Notes: generated by a model not told the origin, from the sequence alone. Counted from the first letter of the stretch, positions 25,210-32,000 are shown. The stretch: 32,000 nucleotides of DNA from Erysipelotrichaceae bacterium MTC7 (GCA_001695645.1 LVZN01000012.1:1-32000); one strand, 5' to 3'. A program made the numbers and translations.

Positions 25210-25632
25210 ATGAGACGTATTGAAAAGGTTAAGCGCTTTTTTACCAACGTACCAACGTTGTGCATAAAAAATGAAACAGTAGAAGCAAAAAATACCTACA
25301 AATCCATTCGATTGTTGCATGTACTCATAGGTGATCATTTGTATTTTCTTATCGATGGGAAAGTAGATCACCTTTTATACATCAATGAAAACGACAAGCT
25401 CACAATAGATGGAACTCATGAGAATACTTGCTTACAGTATTTTGGACGAGTTATCTTTGTTGATGATGATTTGGTGGTAAAACAGATACAGGCGAAGCTA
25501 CTTGATGGAAATGCAGCGGTGCATACGAATCAACTAATTTCTTATAAGATCTTTTACCTGGCTAATGCAACAGCTACATGGATAATCGACCAACAAGTAG
25601 CCTATACCTATCATTTTGCAGCAATTGCATAA
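25210..25632 (+). CDS. hypothetical protein (140 aa); weak resemblance to PNPOx-like split-barrel proteins
   Basis: SD GAAGAGGA and a terminator downstream. The segment LYFLIDGKVDHLLYINENDKLTIDG...GRVIFVDDD recalls the YF.T...K....L..N..V......R..G.A.FV.D pattern. That comparison is from memory and was not tested. Confidence 0.45.
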   Translation: MRRIEKVKRFFTNVPTLCIKNETVEAKNTYKSIRLLHVLIGDHLYFLIDGKVDHLLYINENDKLTIDGTHENTCLQYFGRVIFVDDDLVVKQIQAKLLDGNAAVHTNQLISYKIFYLANATATWIIDQQVAYTYHFAAIA

Positions 25633-25683
25633 TCGTCCTGTTTAGTCCATCTACCATCTAAAAATGCTAAATCATAAAATAAG

Positions 25684-25707
25684 AAGTCCTATTATCAGGG
25701 CTTTTTT
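25684..25707 (+). terminator. rho-independent terminator
   Basis: AAGTCCT (25684-25690) pairs with AGGGCTT (25697-25703) with one G:U pair, followed by a T6 run. Confidence 0.7.
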
Positions 25708-25735
25708 ACGTGAAGTAGATTCATTCAAGTAACGA

Positions 25736-25764
25736 TTGCACACTGTGTCAAATGTGGTTACAAT
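25736..25764 (+). promoter_or_regulatory. sigma-A-type promoter of the MFS gene
   Basis: TTGCAC at 25736-25741, a 17-nt spacer, and TACAAT at 25759-25764. Confidence 0.5.
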
Positions 25765-25792
25765 AGATAACGTTATTAGAAAGGTCGTATGT

Positions 25793-26956
25793 ATGAATCG
25801 AAAACTGCAATTTGAATATAATGTATTGCAAACTTTGTACTGGTTGGTGAATTTATGCACGACTGCTTTTATTGTGCCAATTTTACAAGATCAAGGATTT
25901 TCAAGCGTACAGATTGGAACATTATTAGGTATACGTGCACTAGGAAATGTTGTGTTTCAACCATATTTGGTCCGACTTTTGGAACGTCAACACAAACCAG
26001 TTGCGATAAATCACTTGATTGCTGGACTTCTTGTATGTAGTCTTGTGCTTACAGCTTTGCAGTGGGTAAATCCACCTTTTGTGATAATGTTTCTTATCTT
26101 TATTAGCTATGGTGTCTGTACGTTTGGAATCTCTTCATTTATTGATGCACTTTACGTGTTGTATGATCATCAAGGTCACCATATTGCATATCCGTTTGCA
26201 AGGGGATTAGGTTCATTGAGTTTCTCAGTTGGTGCATATTTCTTTGGTATGATTGCATCAATGCCGTTAATTCTTGTCTTGCAGATGGTACTGATTTGTT
26301 TGTTGCTTGTTTTGGTGCTCAAGATGCAACCTGTGTATCAACAACACATACAAGATGTACATACAAAATCAAACAACAAAGACATGCTTAAGCAGTATCC
26401 GTTGCTTCTATATTTTCTAGTTGCGACAGCACTAGCATTTATTGGAAAAGAGATGTCGGGAAACTTCTTGATAGATGCGTATAAGTCCGTTGGTGGAACA
26501 ACAAGTGATTATGGTCTTGGTATATCCATCATGGCCTTTGTTGAACTGCCCGTTGCGATTTTCTTTACACGTTTTATGAAACGTGTGGGAATTGTACGTT
26601 TGATGTTGATTTCATTTTTCTTTTCGAGTGTTCGAATTTTACTGTTATGGCTAGCACCTAATGTTATTTGGTTACATCTTGCACAAGTATTTCAAATGCT
26701 TGGAGCAGGTTTGTTTTGGTCTGGAAATGTACAATTTGTTAGAACCATCATTCCAGCAAACTATGCGGTTCGTGCACAAACACTAATCGGTGTTTGTTAT
26801 TTAGGAATCGCAAGTGGATTGGGAAGTGTTCTTAGTGGTTGGATCATGCAACAAAGTGACATTCATATCTTACTTGAAGTATCCTATATTTTTTCACTGC
26901 TTGGTGCGTGCGTGCTCTTTATAGGAACCCGTATCCAAAAGCAAAACAATCCATAA
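25793..26956 (+). CDS. MFS-family transporter
   Basis: I start it at ATG 25793 (SD AGAAAGG) rather than the ORF-track 25736. About 12 hydrophobic segments are split 6+6 by a polar loop (QQHIQDVHTKSNNKDM). Confidence 0.7.
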   Translation: MNRKLQFEYNVLQTLYWLVNLCTTAFIVPILQDQGFSSVQIGTLLGIRALGNVVFQPYLVRLLERQHKPVAINHLIAGLLVCSLVLTALQWVNPPFVIMFLIFISYGVCTFGISSFIDALYVLYDHQGHHIAYPFARGLGSLSFSVGAYFFGMIASMPLILVLQMVLICLLLVLVLKMQPVYQQHIQDVHTKSNNKDMLKQYPLLLYFLVATALAFIGKEMSGNFLIDAYKSVGGTTSDYGLGISIMAFVELPVAIFFTRFMKRVGIVRLMLISFFFSSVRILLLWLAPNVIWLHLAQVFQMLGAGLFWSGNVQFVRTIIPANYAVRAQTLIGVCYLGIASGLGSVLSGWIMQQSDIHILLEVSYIFSLLGACVLFIGTRIQKQNNP

Positions 26957-26982
26957 AAAGATGCCGTCAAGCATCTTTTTTT
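26957..26982 (+). terminator. rho-independent terminator of the MFS gene
   Basis: AAGATGC (26958-26964) pairs with GCATCTT (26971-26977), followed by a T-run to 26982. Confidence 0.8.
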
Positions 26983-27030
26983 CGTTACAAAAACAACAAG
27001 CGTTGCTTGAAGTTTTGAATGAGTTCGCGT

Positions 27031-27088
27031 AAAAAAAAAAAGCAAAGCTAGCGTAAAAACACCAATTGGTGATTACGTCAGTTTTGCT
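27031..27088 (-). terminator. rho-independent terminator of the minus-strand EIIA gene
   Basis: Read on the minus strand, the outer stem is AGCAAA/TTTGCT (27083-27088 with 27041-46) and inner pairs are CGTAA/TTACG and CACC/GGTG. It is followed by T11, which is the A11 run at 27031-27041 on the + strand. Confidence 0.7.
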
Positions 27089-27117
27089 CAAGTTCATGGT
27101 AACAATCTAACCTTATC

Positions 27118-27600
27118 TTATCGAATTTCAAATAAAACGGTTTTTTTACATTCACTAACTCCACGGGTTTTAAAATTGGTCATATGATAAAACTGTGCAT
27201 CTAACAAGATAACGGGTATGACAACCTGATCTTGGTTTTGACGGTATTCGTCAGGCGAATACTCAAGAATTTTATCACCTTGTTTCACAAATGAACCATT
27301 GGCTACTAATGGAGTGAATGTTTCGCTTTTGCTTGAATCGGTTTGTAGACCGATGTGAATTAAAATAATTGCATTATGGTTTGTTTTAATACAAATGGCA
27401 TGTTTTGAACGGATGGCCCATTGAATGGTTCCATCAACTGGTGCATACACTGCATTTGCATTTGTCTTAATGGCAATACCTTCACCAACCAAGCGTTGCG
27501 AAAATACGGGGTCATTGATTTCATCGAGTGAAACAATGGTACCTTGAATAGGGGAATATACGCGAACTCGTTTGTTTTTCTTACCAAACAAATGAAACAT
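27118..27600 (-). CDS. PTS glucose-family EIIA (Crr-like)
   Basis: PVFSQRLVGEGIAIKT and VYAPVDGTI are present. The two-His active site is HAICIKT...IILIHIGLQT, matching the HA.G....G.E.L.H.G.DT pattern. 160 aa. SD GAGGT. Confidence 0.9.
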   Translation of the reverse strand: MFHLFGKKNKRVRVYSPIQGTIVSLDEINDPVFSQRLVGEGIAIKTNANAVYAPVDGTIQWAIRSKHAICIKTNHNAIILIHIGLQTDSSKSETFTPLVANGSFVKQGDKILEYSPDEYRQNQDQVVIPVILLDAQFYHMTNFKTRGVSECKKTVLFEIR

Positions 27601-27624
27601 ATACGTACCTCAATTCTATGAATT

Positions 27625-27653
27625 ACATTAAGTGATTACGAAAAATTTGTCAA
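27625..27653 (-). promoter_or_regulatory. sigma-A-type promoter of the EIIA gene (minus strand)
   Basis: On the minus strand: TTGACA (27653-27648), a 17-nt spacer, and TAATGT (27630-27625). Confidence 0.55.
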
Positions 27654-27659
27654 GAACAA

Positions 27660-27688
27660 TTCAAAATTAGTGAATTGATTGGTATACT
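27660..27688 (+). promoter_or_regulatory. sigma-A-type promoter of the EIICB-like/antiterminator/EIICB operon
   Basis: TTCAAA at 27660-27665, a 17-nt spacer ending in TGG, and TATACT at 27683-27688. It sits back-to-back with the EIIA promoter. Confidence 0.55.
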
Positions 27689-27720
27689 ATAAGAAGCGTT
27701 TATTAACAAAAGGAGGGTCT

Positions 27721-28998
27721 ATGCATTTTATAAAAAACTATGCGAAAAGTTTATTGTATCCATACATTTGTTTACCTATCCTTTATCTTTTCAATCAGTT
27801 TGGTTGGTTTTTAGATCGAGAATTAGACATGCAGTTTGGTCGCTTATTTACGGAACTCTACGAAGCTTATCAAAGTTATCTACCACTTTTATTAGCGGCT
27901 AGTTTTTCAATGTTTTTTGCGAAGCGGAAGGATGGAACAAGTGTACTAAGTGGTATCATTGCATATGTCGTGTTAATTCACATTGTTGCTAATGACACTT
28001 TAGCTTTAGCATTACCTAATGACACTTCTATCTTAGCGTTTGATTTTACGAGTTTTCAAAATCCCTTTGTTGGTATTGTTTCAGGTATGTTTGCCGCACA
28101 AATCTACAATCGTTTTTACCAAGTGCAACTGCCGCAAGCCTTAGCCTTCTTTTCAGGAAGACGTTTGGTGCCCATTGTCACTGGGATTGTGATGATTGTA
28201 TTTGGTTGTGTACTTATTTTGATCTGGCCTTGGCTCTATCAACTTTTAGAAAGTGCAAGTCAGCTAGCTAAGTTGACAAGCCCGTTTGGATCGATTCTTT
28301 ATATGTGGCTGCAAACCTTGCTTTCTTTTGTTGGATTACAGGATGTTGCAATGCAAGAAGGTATTCAAGTATTTACCGAAGGGCAAGAACAGGCATTTCG
28401 TGTATTGATTCCAGCCATCATCGCAGTATTTTACATTTCAAAGTTCCAAGCGAATGTAAAACAAAGTGGATTGCTATTTATCATGGTTGGATTAGGAGCA
28501 ATTGGTCCATCAAATCCAGTGCTCTTTACTTATTTGTTACTGGCAATTCATCCACTTTATGTATTGGTTTTTTATGGACTACAAAGTGTTTTATTACTTT
28601 GGCAAGTATCGCTAGTTCCAAATGATGTACTATTTGTGGTTATTTCTTTAGTTTTACATGTTGCCTGCTTTTGGTATTTACGAAATCGCATACCGATGCA
28701 ACTTAACGCCAAGATGCTACAAAGTCTGTCCAAGCAAGACATCAGCAACTTTGTATATGCCATTGGTGGTATAGAAAACATTGTGACATTACATATTGCT
28801 GATGAAAAACTATACATTGTCTTAGAAGATGAGATTTTGCTGCGCAAACAAGAAATCGACAATTTACCAAAATATATACGTACACAGGTTATGGATAACG
28901 AATTGATTGTTGAAGGAATTTCACCAAAAGTACTCTATGATGCTTTGGATGCGCACATCAAACAAGATGATGAATCGTTAATGATATTGGGGGGCTAA
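27721..28998 (+). CDS. degenerate PTS glucose-family EIIC-EIIB-like membrane protein (catalytic motifs lost)
   Basis: I start it at ATG 27721 (SD AAAGGAGGG). The EIIC-Glc-like block YNRFYQVQLPQALAFFSGRRLVPIV is kept. The HH motif is replaced (VGLQDV) and GITEPxEF is replaced (GAIGPSNPVLF). The C-terminal EIIB-like fold AIGGIENIVTLHIADEKLYIVLED lacks the CITRxR phospho-Cys. Confidence 0.7.
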   Translation: MHFIKNYAKSLLYPYICLPILYLFNQFGWFLDRELDMQFGRLFTELYEAYQSYLPLLLAASFSMFFAKRKDGTSVLSGIIAYVVLIHIVANDTLALALPNDTSILAFDFTSFQNPFVGIVSGMFAAQIYNRFYQVQLPQALAFFSGRRLVPIVTGIVMIVFGCVLILIWPWLYQLLESASQLAKLTSPFGSILYMWLQTLLSFVGLQDVAMQEGIQVFTEGQEQAFRVLIPAIIAVFYISKFQANVKQSGLLFIMVGLGAIGPSNPVLFTYLLLAIHPLYVLVFYGLQSVLLLWQVSLVPNDVLFVVISLVLHVACFWYLRNRIPMQLNAKMLQSLSKQDISNFVYAIGGIENIVTLHIADEKLYIVLEDEILLRKQEIDNLPKYIRTQVMDNELIVEGISPKVLYDALDAHIKQDDESLMILGG

Positions 28999-28999
28999 C

Positions 29000-29827
29000 A
29001 TGAAAATTGTTCGAATTTATAATAACAACGTAGTTGTTGCCATAGAAGATGGAAAAGAGTATGTCGTAACAGGAAACGGTATTGGGTTTCAACGAAAGGT
29101 AAATGATAAGGTAGATAAGACACGCATTGAAAAAATGTACACGTTTGAGGACCAACAAAAGAAGCAATTTCATGAATTGCTAAATCGTACACCCATTGTG
29201 TATTTTCAAATTGCAGAAGCTATTGCCAACAAAGCAATTGAGGAGCTACAAATTGAACTATCCAATCAAATATTCATTTCACTGACGGATCACCTTTGGT
29301 ATGCTGCGGATCGTAAGAAGCGAAATTTGGAAATACCAAATTTGATGCATGATGAAATAAAAAGTTTATACAAAGATGAATATCGAATTGGGTTGTGGGC
29401 ATTACGCCTAATTCAAGCAAATTTAGGGATTCAATTTTCTAAAGATGAAGCAAGTTATATCGCCATGCACATTGTCAATGCAACTGTTGGAAATCAGGTA
29501 CGTGATGCAAAGCGCATTGTAGCATTCGTTAAAGATGTACAAACGGTCATTGAAAATGTCTTTGGAATTTCGTTTGCCGATGAATCACTTGATACGTCAC
29601 GGTTGAGTACACACCTCAAATTTCTAGCGCAACATATTTTTGTCAAAGAGAAAAAAGAACCGTTAAATCTTGATCAAATGTATACCTTAATGATTAATAA
29701 ACATGAAAAGATGGAATTATGTGTAGAAAATATTTTTGATATTGTGAAGTTGAATTATCATTACACTTTGTCTAAGGATGAACTTGTATATTTGATGATT
29801 CACATTAACAAGATTGTAAGCCTATGA
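29000..29827 (+). CDS. BglG/LicT/SacY-family PRD-containing transcriptional antiterminator
   Basis: The CAT domain is MKIVRIYNNNVVVAIEDGKEYVVTGNGIGFQRK. Two PRDs carry four His in the expected contexts (LTDHLWYA, IAMHIVNA, LSTHLKFL, LMIHINKI). The start is 1 nt after the upstream stop. Confidence 0.9.
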   Translation: MKIVRIYNNNVVVAIEDGKEYVVTGNGIGFQRKVNDKVDKTRIEKMYTFEDQQKKQFHELLNRTPIVYFQIAEAIANKAIEELQIELSNQIFISLTDHLWYAADRKKRNLEIPNLMHDEIKSLYKDEYRIGLWALRLIQANLGIQFSKDEASYIAMHIVNATVGNQVRDAKRIVAFVKDVQTVIENVFGISFADESLDTSRLSTHLKFLAQHIFVKEKKEPLNLDQMYTLMINKHEKMELCVENIFDIVKLNYHYTLSKDELVYLMIHINKIVSL

Positions 29828-31263
29828 TGAATTATCTGCAAAGAATAGGGAAGTCTTTACTATTACCAATTGCAATTTTTCCGATTGCGGCAATATTAAT
29901 TGGTGTAGGGACAATCATTCAATCGGTTGATCATCAACTCGTGCAGTTTCTTGCAGAGATTTTACGCATTTCTGGAGAAGCAATTGTTTCTTATATTCCT
30001 ATGGCGTTTGCTGTTGGAGTTGCATATGGATTGAGTGACGGAAACAAAGGTGTGAGTGCATTTGGTGGTTTGTTTGTATTTCTAATTATTATTCATGTGC
30101 TTGCACAAGAGCGTATCGATTTACACAATTTACCTGTTTTGAATGAAAATGCTCCATTTGAACATATTGACAACCAGTTTATTGGAATTTTATCAGGAGT
30201 ACTTGGGGCTGTCAGTCACAATCGTTTAAGACGCTTACACCTATCAAGCAGCAATGAAATGGTGCTGTTGCTTGTACTTTTGGTTTTTGTTTCGCTGTGC
30301 ATGTGTGGAATTTTGGTGTTTGTGTGGCCGTTTGTTTATAATTTGCTCATTCGCTTTGGTAATTTCATTAGTGCTTTAGGACCGGTGGGTGCAGGCATCT
30401 ATGCATTTTTCAATCGCTTATTGATACCCATTGGGATGCACCATCCACTGAACTCTGTCTTTTGGTTTGATGTAGTTGGAATCAACGATATTGGAAACTT
30501 CTGGTCAAGTCAGGGAGTCTATGGACAAACAGGAATGTACCAAGCCGGTTTCTTTCCGATGATGATGTTTGGTTTACCAGCTGCTGGTTTAGCTATGCTG
30601 CATACTGCTTATCCACAAAACAAAAAGAAAGTTCGTGCGTTTTTGATTTCGGCTGCATTTGCCTCTTTTTTCACTGGTTTGACTGAACCGTTAGAATTTT
30701 CATTTATGTTTATCGCCCCTCAGTTATACCTACTGCACGCGATAATTACGGGTATATCTGTATTTGTTGCAGCACAATTTCAGTGGATTGCCGGGTTTAG
30801 CTTTAGTGGTGGTTTTATTGATTATATACTAAGTTTAAAAATGCCATACGCAAAAACACCATTGATGTTGGTTGTGATGGGGCTAGTTTTAGCTGCTGTG
30901 TATTACGTTAGTTTTGTTTATGTAATTAAACGAAAAAACTTACATACCTTAGGTAGGGAAGTTGAAACCCACGCAGTAACCAATACTTTAGAAATTAATG
31001 AACTCGAAAACATATGTACCGCACTTATGTATGCTACTGGTGGACTGCACAACATAACATCCATTGATTGCTGTATTACACGTGTACGCTTTCATTTAAA
31101 AAATCCAAATTTGTTCAACTTTGATCTAGTTAAGGAAACCGGTGCTATCGAGTTTATGCAGTTCGGTGATGAAATTCAAATCGTTTATGGACCGAATGCC
31201 GGTGCAATCGTGGAACGCTTTGAGCAAATATTAGGGATGAACAAAGATGACAAAGACCAGTGA
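29824..31263 (+). CDS. PTS glucose/beta-glucoside-superfamily EIICB component
   Basis: EIIC motifs are LIPIGMHHPLN and GLTEPLEFSFMFIAP. The C-terminal EIIB carries the phospho-Cys context ATGGLHNITSIDCCITRVRF. Its ATGA start overlaps the antiterminator gene. Confidence 0.85.
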   Translation: MMNYLQRIGKSLLLPIAIFPIAAILIGVGTIIQSVDHQLVQFLAEILRISGEAIVSYIPMAFAVGVAYGLSDGNKGVSAFGGLFVFLIIIHVLAQERIDLHNLPVLNENAPFEHIDNQFIGILSGVLGAVSHNRLRRLHLSSSNEMVLLLVLLVFVSLCMCGILVFVWPFVYNLLIRFGNFISALGPVGAGIYAFFNRLLIPIGMHHPLNSVFWFDVVGINDIGNFWSSQGVYGQTGMYQAGFFPMMMFGLPAAGLAMLHTAYPQNKKKVRAFLISAAFASFFTGLTEPLEFSFMFIAPQLYLLHAIITGISVFVAAQFQWIAGFSFSGGFIDYILSLKMPYAKTPLMLVVMGLVLAAVYYVSFVYVIKRKNLHTLGREVETHAVTNTLEINELENICTALMYATGGLHNITSIDCCITRVRFHLKNPNLFNFDLVKETGAIEFMQFGDEIQIVYGPNAGAIVERFEQILGMNKDDKDQ

Positions 31264-31321
31264 TGCACATCATCATGGTCTTCTTAACTGACTGAGTATA
31301 GTTAATAATTATTATGAAACA

Positions 31322-31350
31322 TTGACAATGGATAAAGAATTGTTTAAAAT
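31322..31350 (+). promoter_or_regulatory. strong sigma-A-type promoter preceding the RAT leader
   Basis: TTGACA at 31322-31327, an exact 17-nt spacer, and TAAAAT at 31345-31350. Confidence 0.7.
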
Positions 31351-31376
31351 GAAATCACAACTAAATCGATACGGTT

Positions 31377-31403
31377 AGATTGTTACTAGAAATAGGCAAG
31401 ACT
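31377..31403 (+). promoter_or_regulatory. RAT (ribonucleic antiterminator) element, LicT/SacY class
   Basis: AGATTGTTACTAGAAATAGGCAAGACT compared with the canonical GGATTGTTACTG-loop-CAGGCAAAACC. The lower stem AGAUU/AGACU keeps the A.A mismatch seen in bglP/licS RATs. The upper stem is CUA/UAG capped by a GAAA loop. Confidence 0.8.
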
Positions 31404-31448
31404 TACGAAATCACGTTACAACGGATTTTCATCGTCTTGTCTTTTTTA
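31397..31448 (+). terminator. RAT-overlapping conditional rho-independent terminator
   Basis: CAAGAC (31397-31402) pairs with GTCTTG (31434-31439), with a second helix CGAAATC/GATTTTC(G). It is followed by TCTTTTTT. The 5' arm is shared with the 3' half of the RAT. Confidence 0.75.
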
Positions 31449-31496
31449 TTAGCAAATAAATCGATCGATAAGCAAACATTTAAATCTTACAATTTG

Positions 31497-31531
31497 CTCA
31501 AAATATGCCCTGAAAAAATTTTGAGTTTTTT
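31497..31531 (+). terminator. second terminator-like hairpin in the long leader
   Basis: A perfect 8-bp stem, CTCAAAAT (31497-31504) with ATTTTGAG (31518-31525), a 13-nt loop, then T6. Confidence 0.5.
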
Positions 31532-31637
31532 AGCATTTCAGTCGATAAATAAAGGATTTATGAAAGCTTCATTTTCTCTTGAAATAATTATTTACAATAA
31601 TCATTATGCATGATAACATATCGCTGTAATCGTTTTC

Positions 31638-31651
31638 AAAAAGCGCTTACA
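31638..31651 (+). promoter_or_regulatory. cre-like (CcpA) box
   Basis: AAAAAGCGCTTACA; its reverse complement is TGTAAGCGCTTTTT. It has 2 mismatches to TGWAANCGNTNWCA, and one half-site is perfect. Confidence 0.35.
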
Positions 31652-31777
31652 ACATTTGTATTTTAATGATCATACGATACTTTGTGGGGAATCAAGAGAC
31701 AGGTCAACTACATAAGTAACAAGGTTGGGGAAGCCAGTATGCATGATTGAAATACATCGTTAAAAAAGGAGAGACAA

Positions 31778-32000
31778 ATGATTAAATTGATGAAGTCACT
31801 GTTATGTGCAGGGGTTGCTATTGTTTCCACAAGCACATATATGCCTAATGTGACATTCCAAAAGAACGAATTACAAAGTGATGTACAAACGGAAAATGAA
31901 ATATTTCCACAACAGCCTAAAGAGGTAAGTTTAGATGGAACTGCACTGCAAGTAAGTAACATTACGTTACATAAAGCAGCTACAATGAACCAAGATACTT
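31778..32000 (+). CDS. secreted protein, N-terminal fragment (runs off the window)
   Basis: This ORF is not in the ORF track because it is open to the window end. ATG 31778 with SD AAGGAGAG. The frame is open for 74 codons. The N-terminus MIKLMKSLLCAGVAIVSTS looks like a signal peptide. Confidence 0.6.
   Translation, partial: MIKLMKSLLCAGVAIVSTSTYMPNVTFQKNELQSDVQTENEIFPQQPKEVSLDGTALQVSNITLHKAATMNQDT

Noticed and set aside
25042-25371. 109-aa minus-strand ORF across the 25090-25209 intergenic region
   Set aside because: It overlaps the ends of two + strand genes, has no SD, and is a low-complexity F/I/Y/K-rich translation of AT-rich DNA.
27031-27041. A11 homopolymer as a possible phase-variation tract
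   Set aside because: It lies between convergent genes, not in a promoter spacer or coding region. It is best explained as the U-tract of the minus-strand EIIA terminator hairpin (27041-27088).
28541-28566. RAT-like string TTGTTACTGGCAATTC inside the degenerate EIICB gene
   Set aside because: Only the TTGTTACTG and GGCAA words match. There is no complementary lower or upper stem and no following terminator, and it is inside a coding region. It is probably coincidence.
31380-31613. 77-aa + strand ORF
   Set aside because: Its TTG start lies within the RAT element, and the ORF runs through two terminator hairpins. It has no SD, and the sequence is low-complexity.
31708-31962. 84-aa minus-strand ORF
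   Set aside because: It is antisense to the + strand ORF starting at 31778, which has a strong SD and a signal-peptide-like N-terminus. It has no SD of its own.
1-32000. Mobile elements, CRISPR arrays, tRNA/rRNA genes, long direct or inverted repeats
   Set aside because: Reading both strands, I found no transposase, integrase or recombinase-like ORF, no spaced repeat array, no tRNA-like cloverleaf region and no rRNA-like segment. The only repeated DNA noticed is the ~50-bp promoter module at 243-293 and 1481-1530.

Overview
This window looks like chromosomal DNA from a low-GC Gram-positive (Bacillota-type) genome. It shows AGGAGG-type ribosome-binding sites (SD), TTGACA/TATAAT promoters that often carry a TGn extension, clean rho-independent terminators, cre-like boxes and a LicT-type RAT element. 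About 31 genes are present and all but one lie on the + strand. No rRNA, tRNA, CRISPR array, IS element or integrase was seen. All product calls rest on motif recognition by eye; no searches were run.

Gene content in order:
- 297-7298: a sugar-utilisation locus. It holds two double-SIS isomerase/deglycase-like genes, a HAD phosphatase, a TIM-barrel sugar-phosphate isomerase/epimerase, mannose-family PTS IIA/IIB/IIC/IID and a DeoC-family aldolase.
- 7347-9255: a MATE efflux pump and a GNAT acetyltransferase.
- 9390-10845: two tandem HutC-type GntR regulators.
- 11124-14820: a 1033-aa single-chain MacB/FtsX-type ABC transporter, overlapped at its end by an SGNH hydrolase gene.
- 14930-16504: a ClC channel.
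- 16662-20301: an AT-rich pair (SWIM zinc-finger protein plus a 521-aa unknown) followed closely by an orphan LMW-PTP/ArsC gene.
- 20417-21103: an isolated purC-like gene.
- 21252-25089: an iron-siderophore ABC operon with a Fur-box-like site.
- 25210-26956: a small unknown protein and an MFS transporter.
- 27118-32000: a glucose-family PTS cluster. It holds a divergent EIIA, a degenerate EIIC-EIIB-like protein, a LicT/BglG antiterminator and an EIICB, then a promoter-RAT-terminator leader in front of a truncated secreted-protein gene.

The most interesting candidates are:
1. The low-GC SWIM + unknown gene pair.
2. The PTS EIICB paralog that lacks the phospho-Cys and the sugar-binding motifs and is translationally coupled to the antiterminator.
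3. The duplicated ~50-bp promoter/leader module in front of both SIS genes.
4. The fused giant ABC/FtsX protein.
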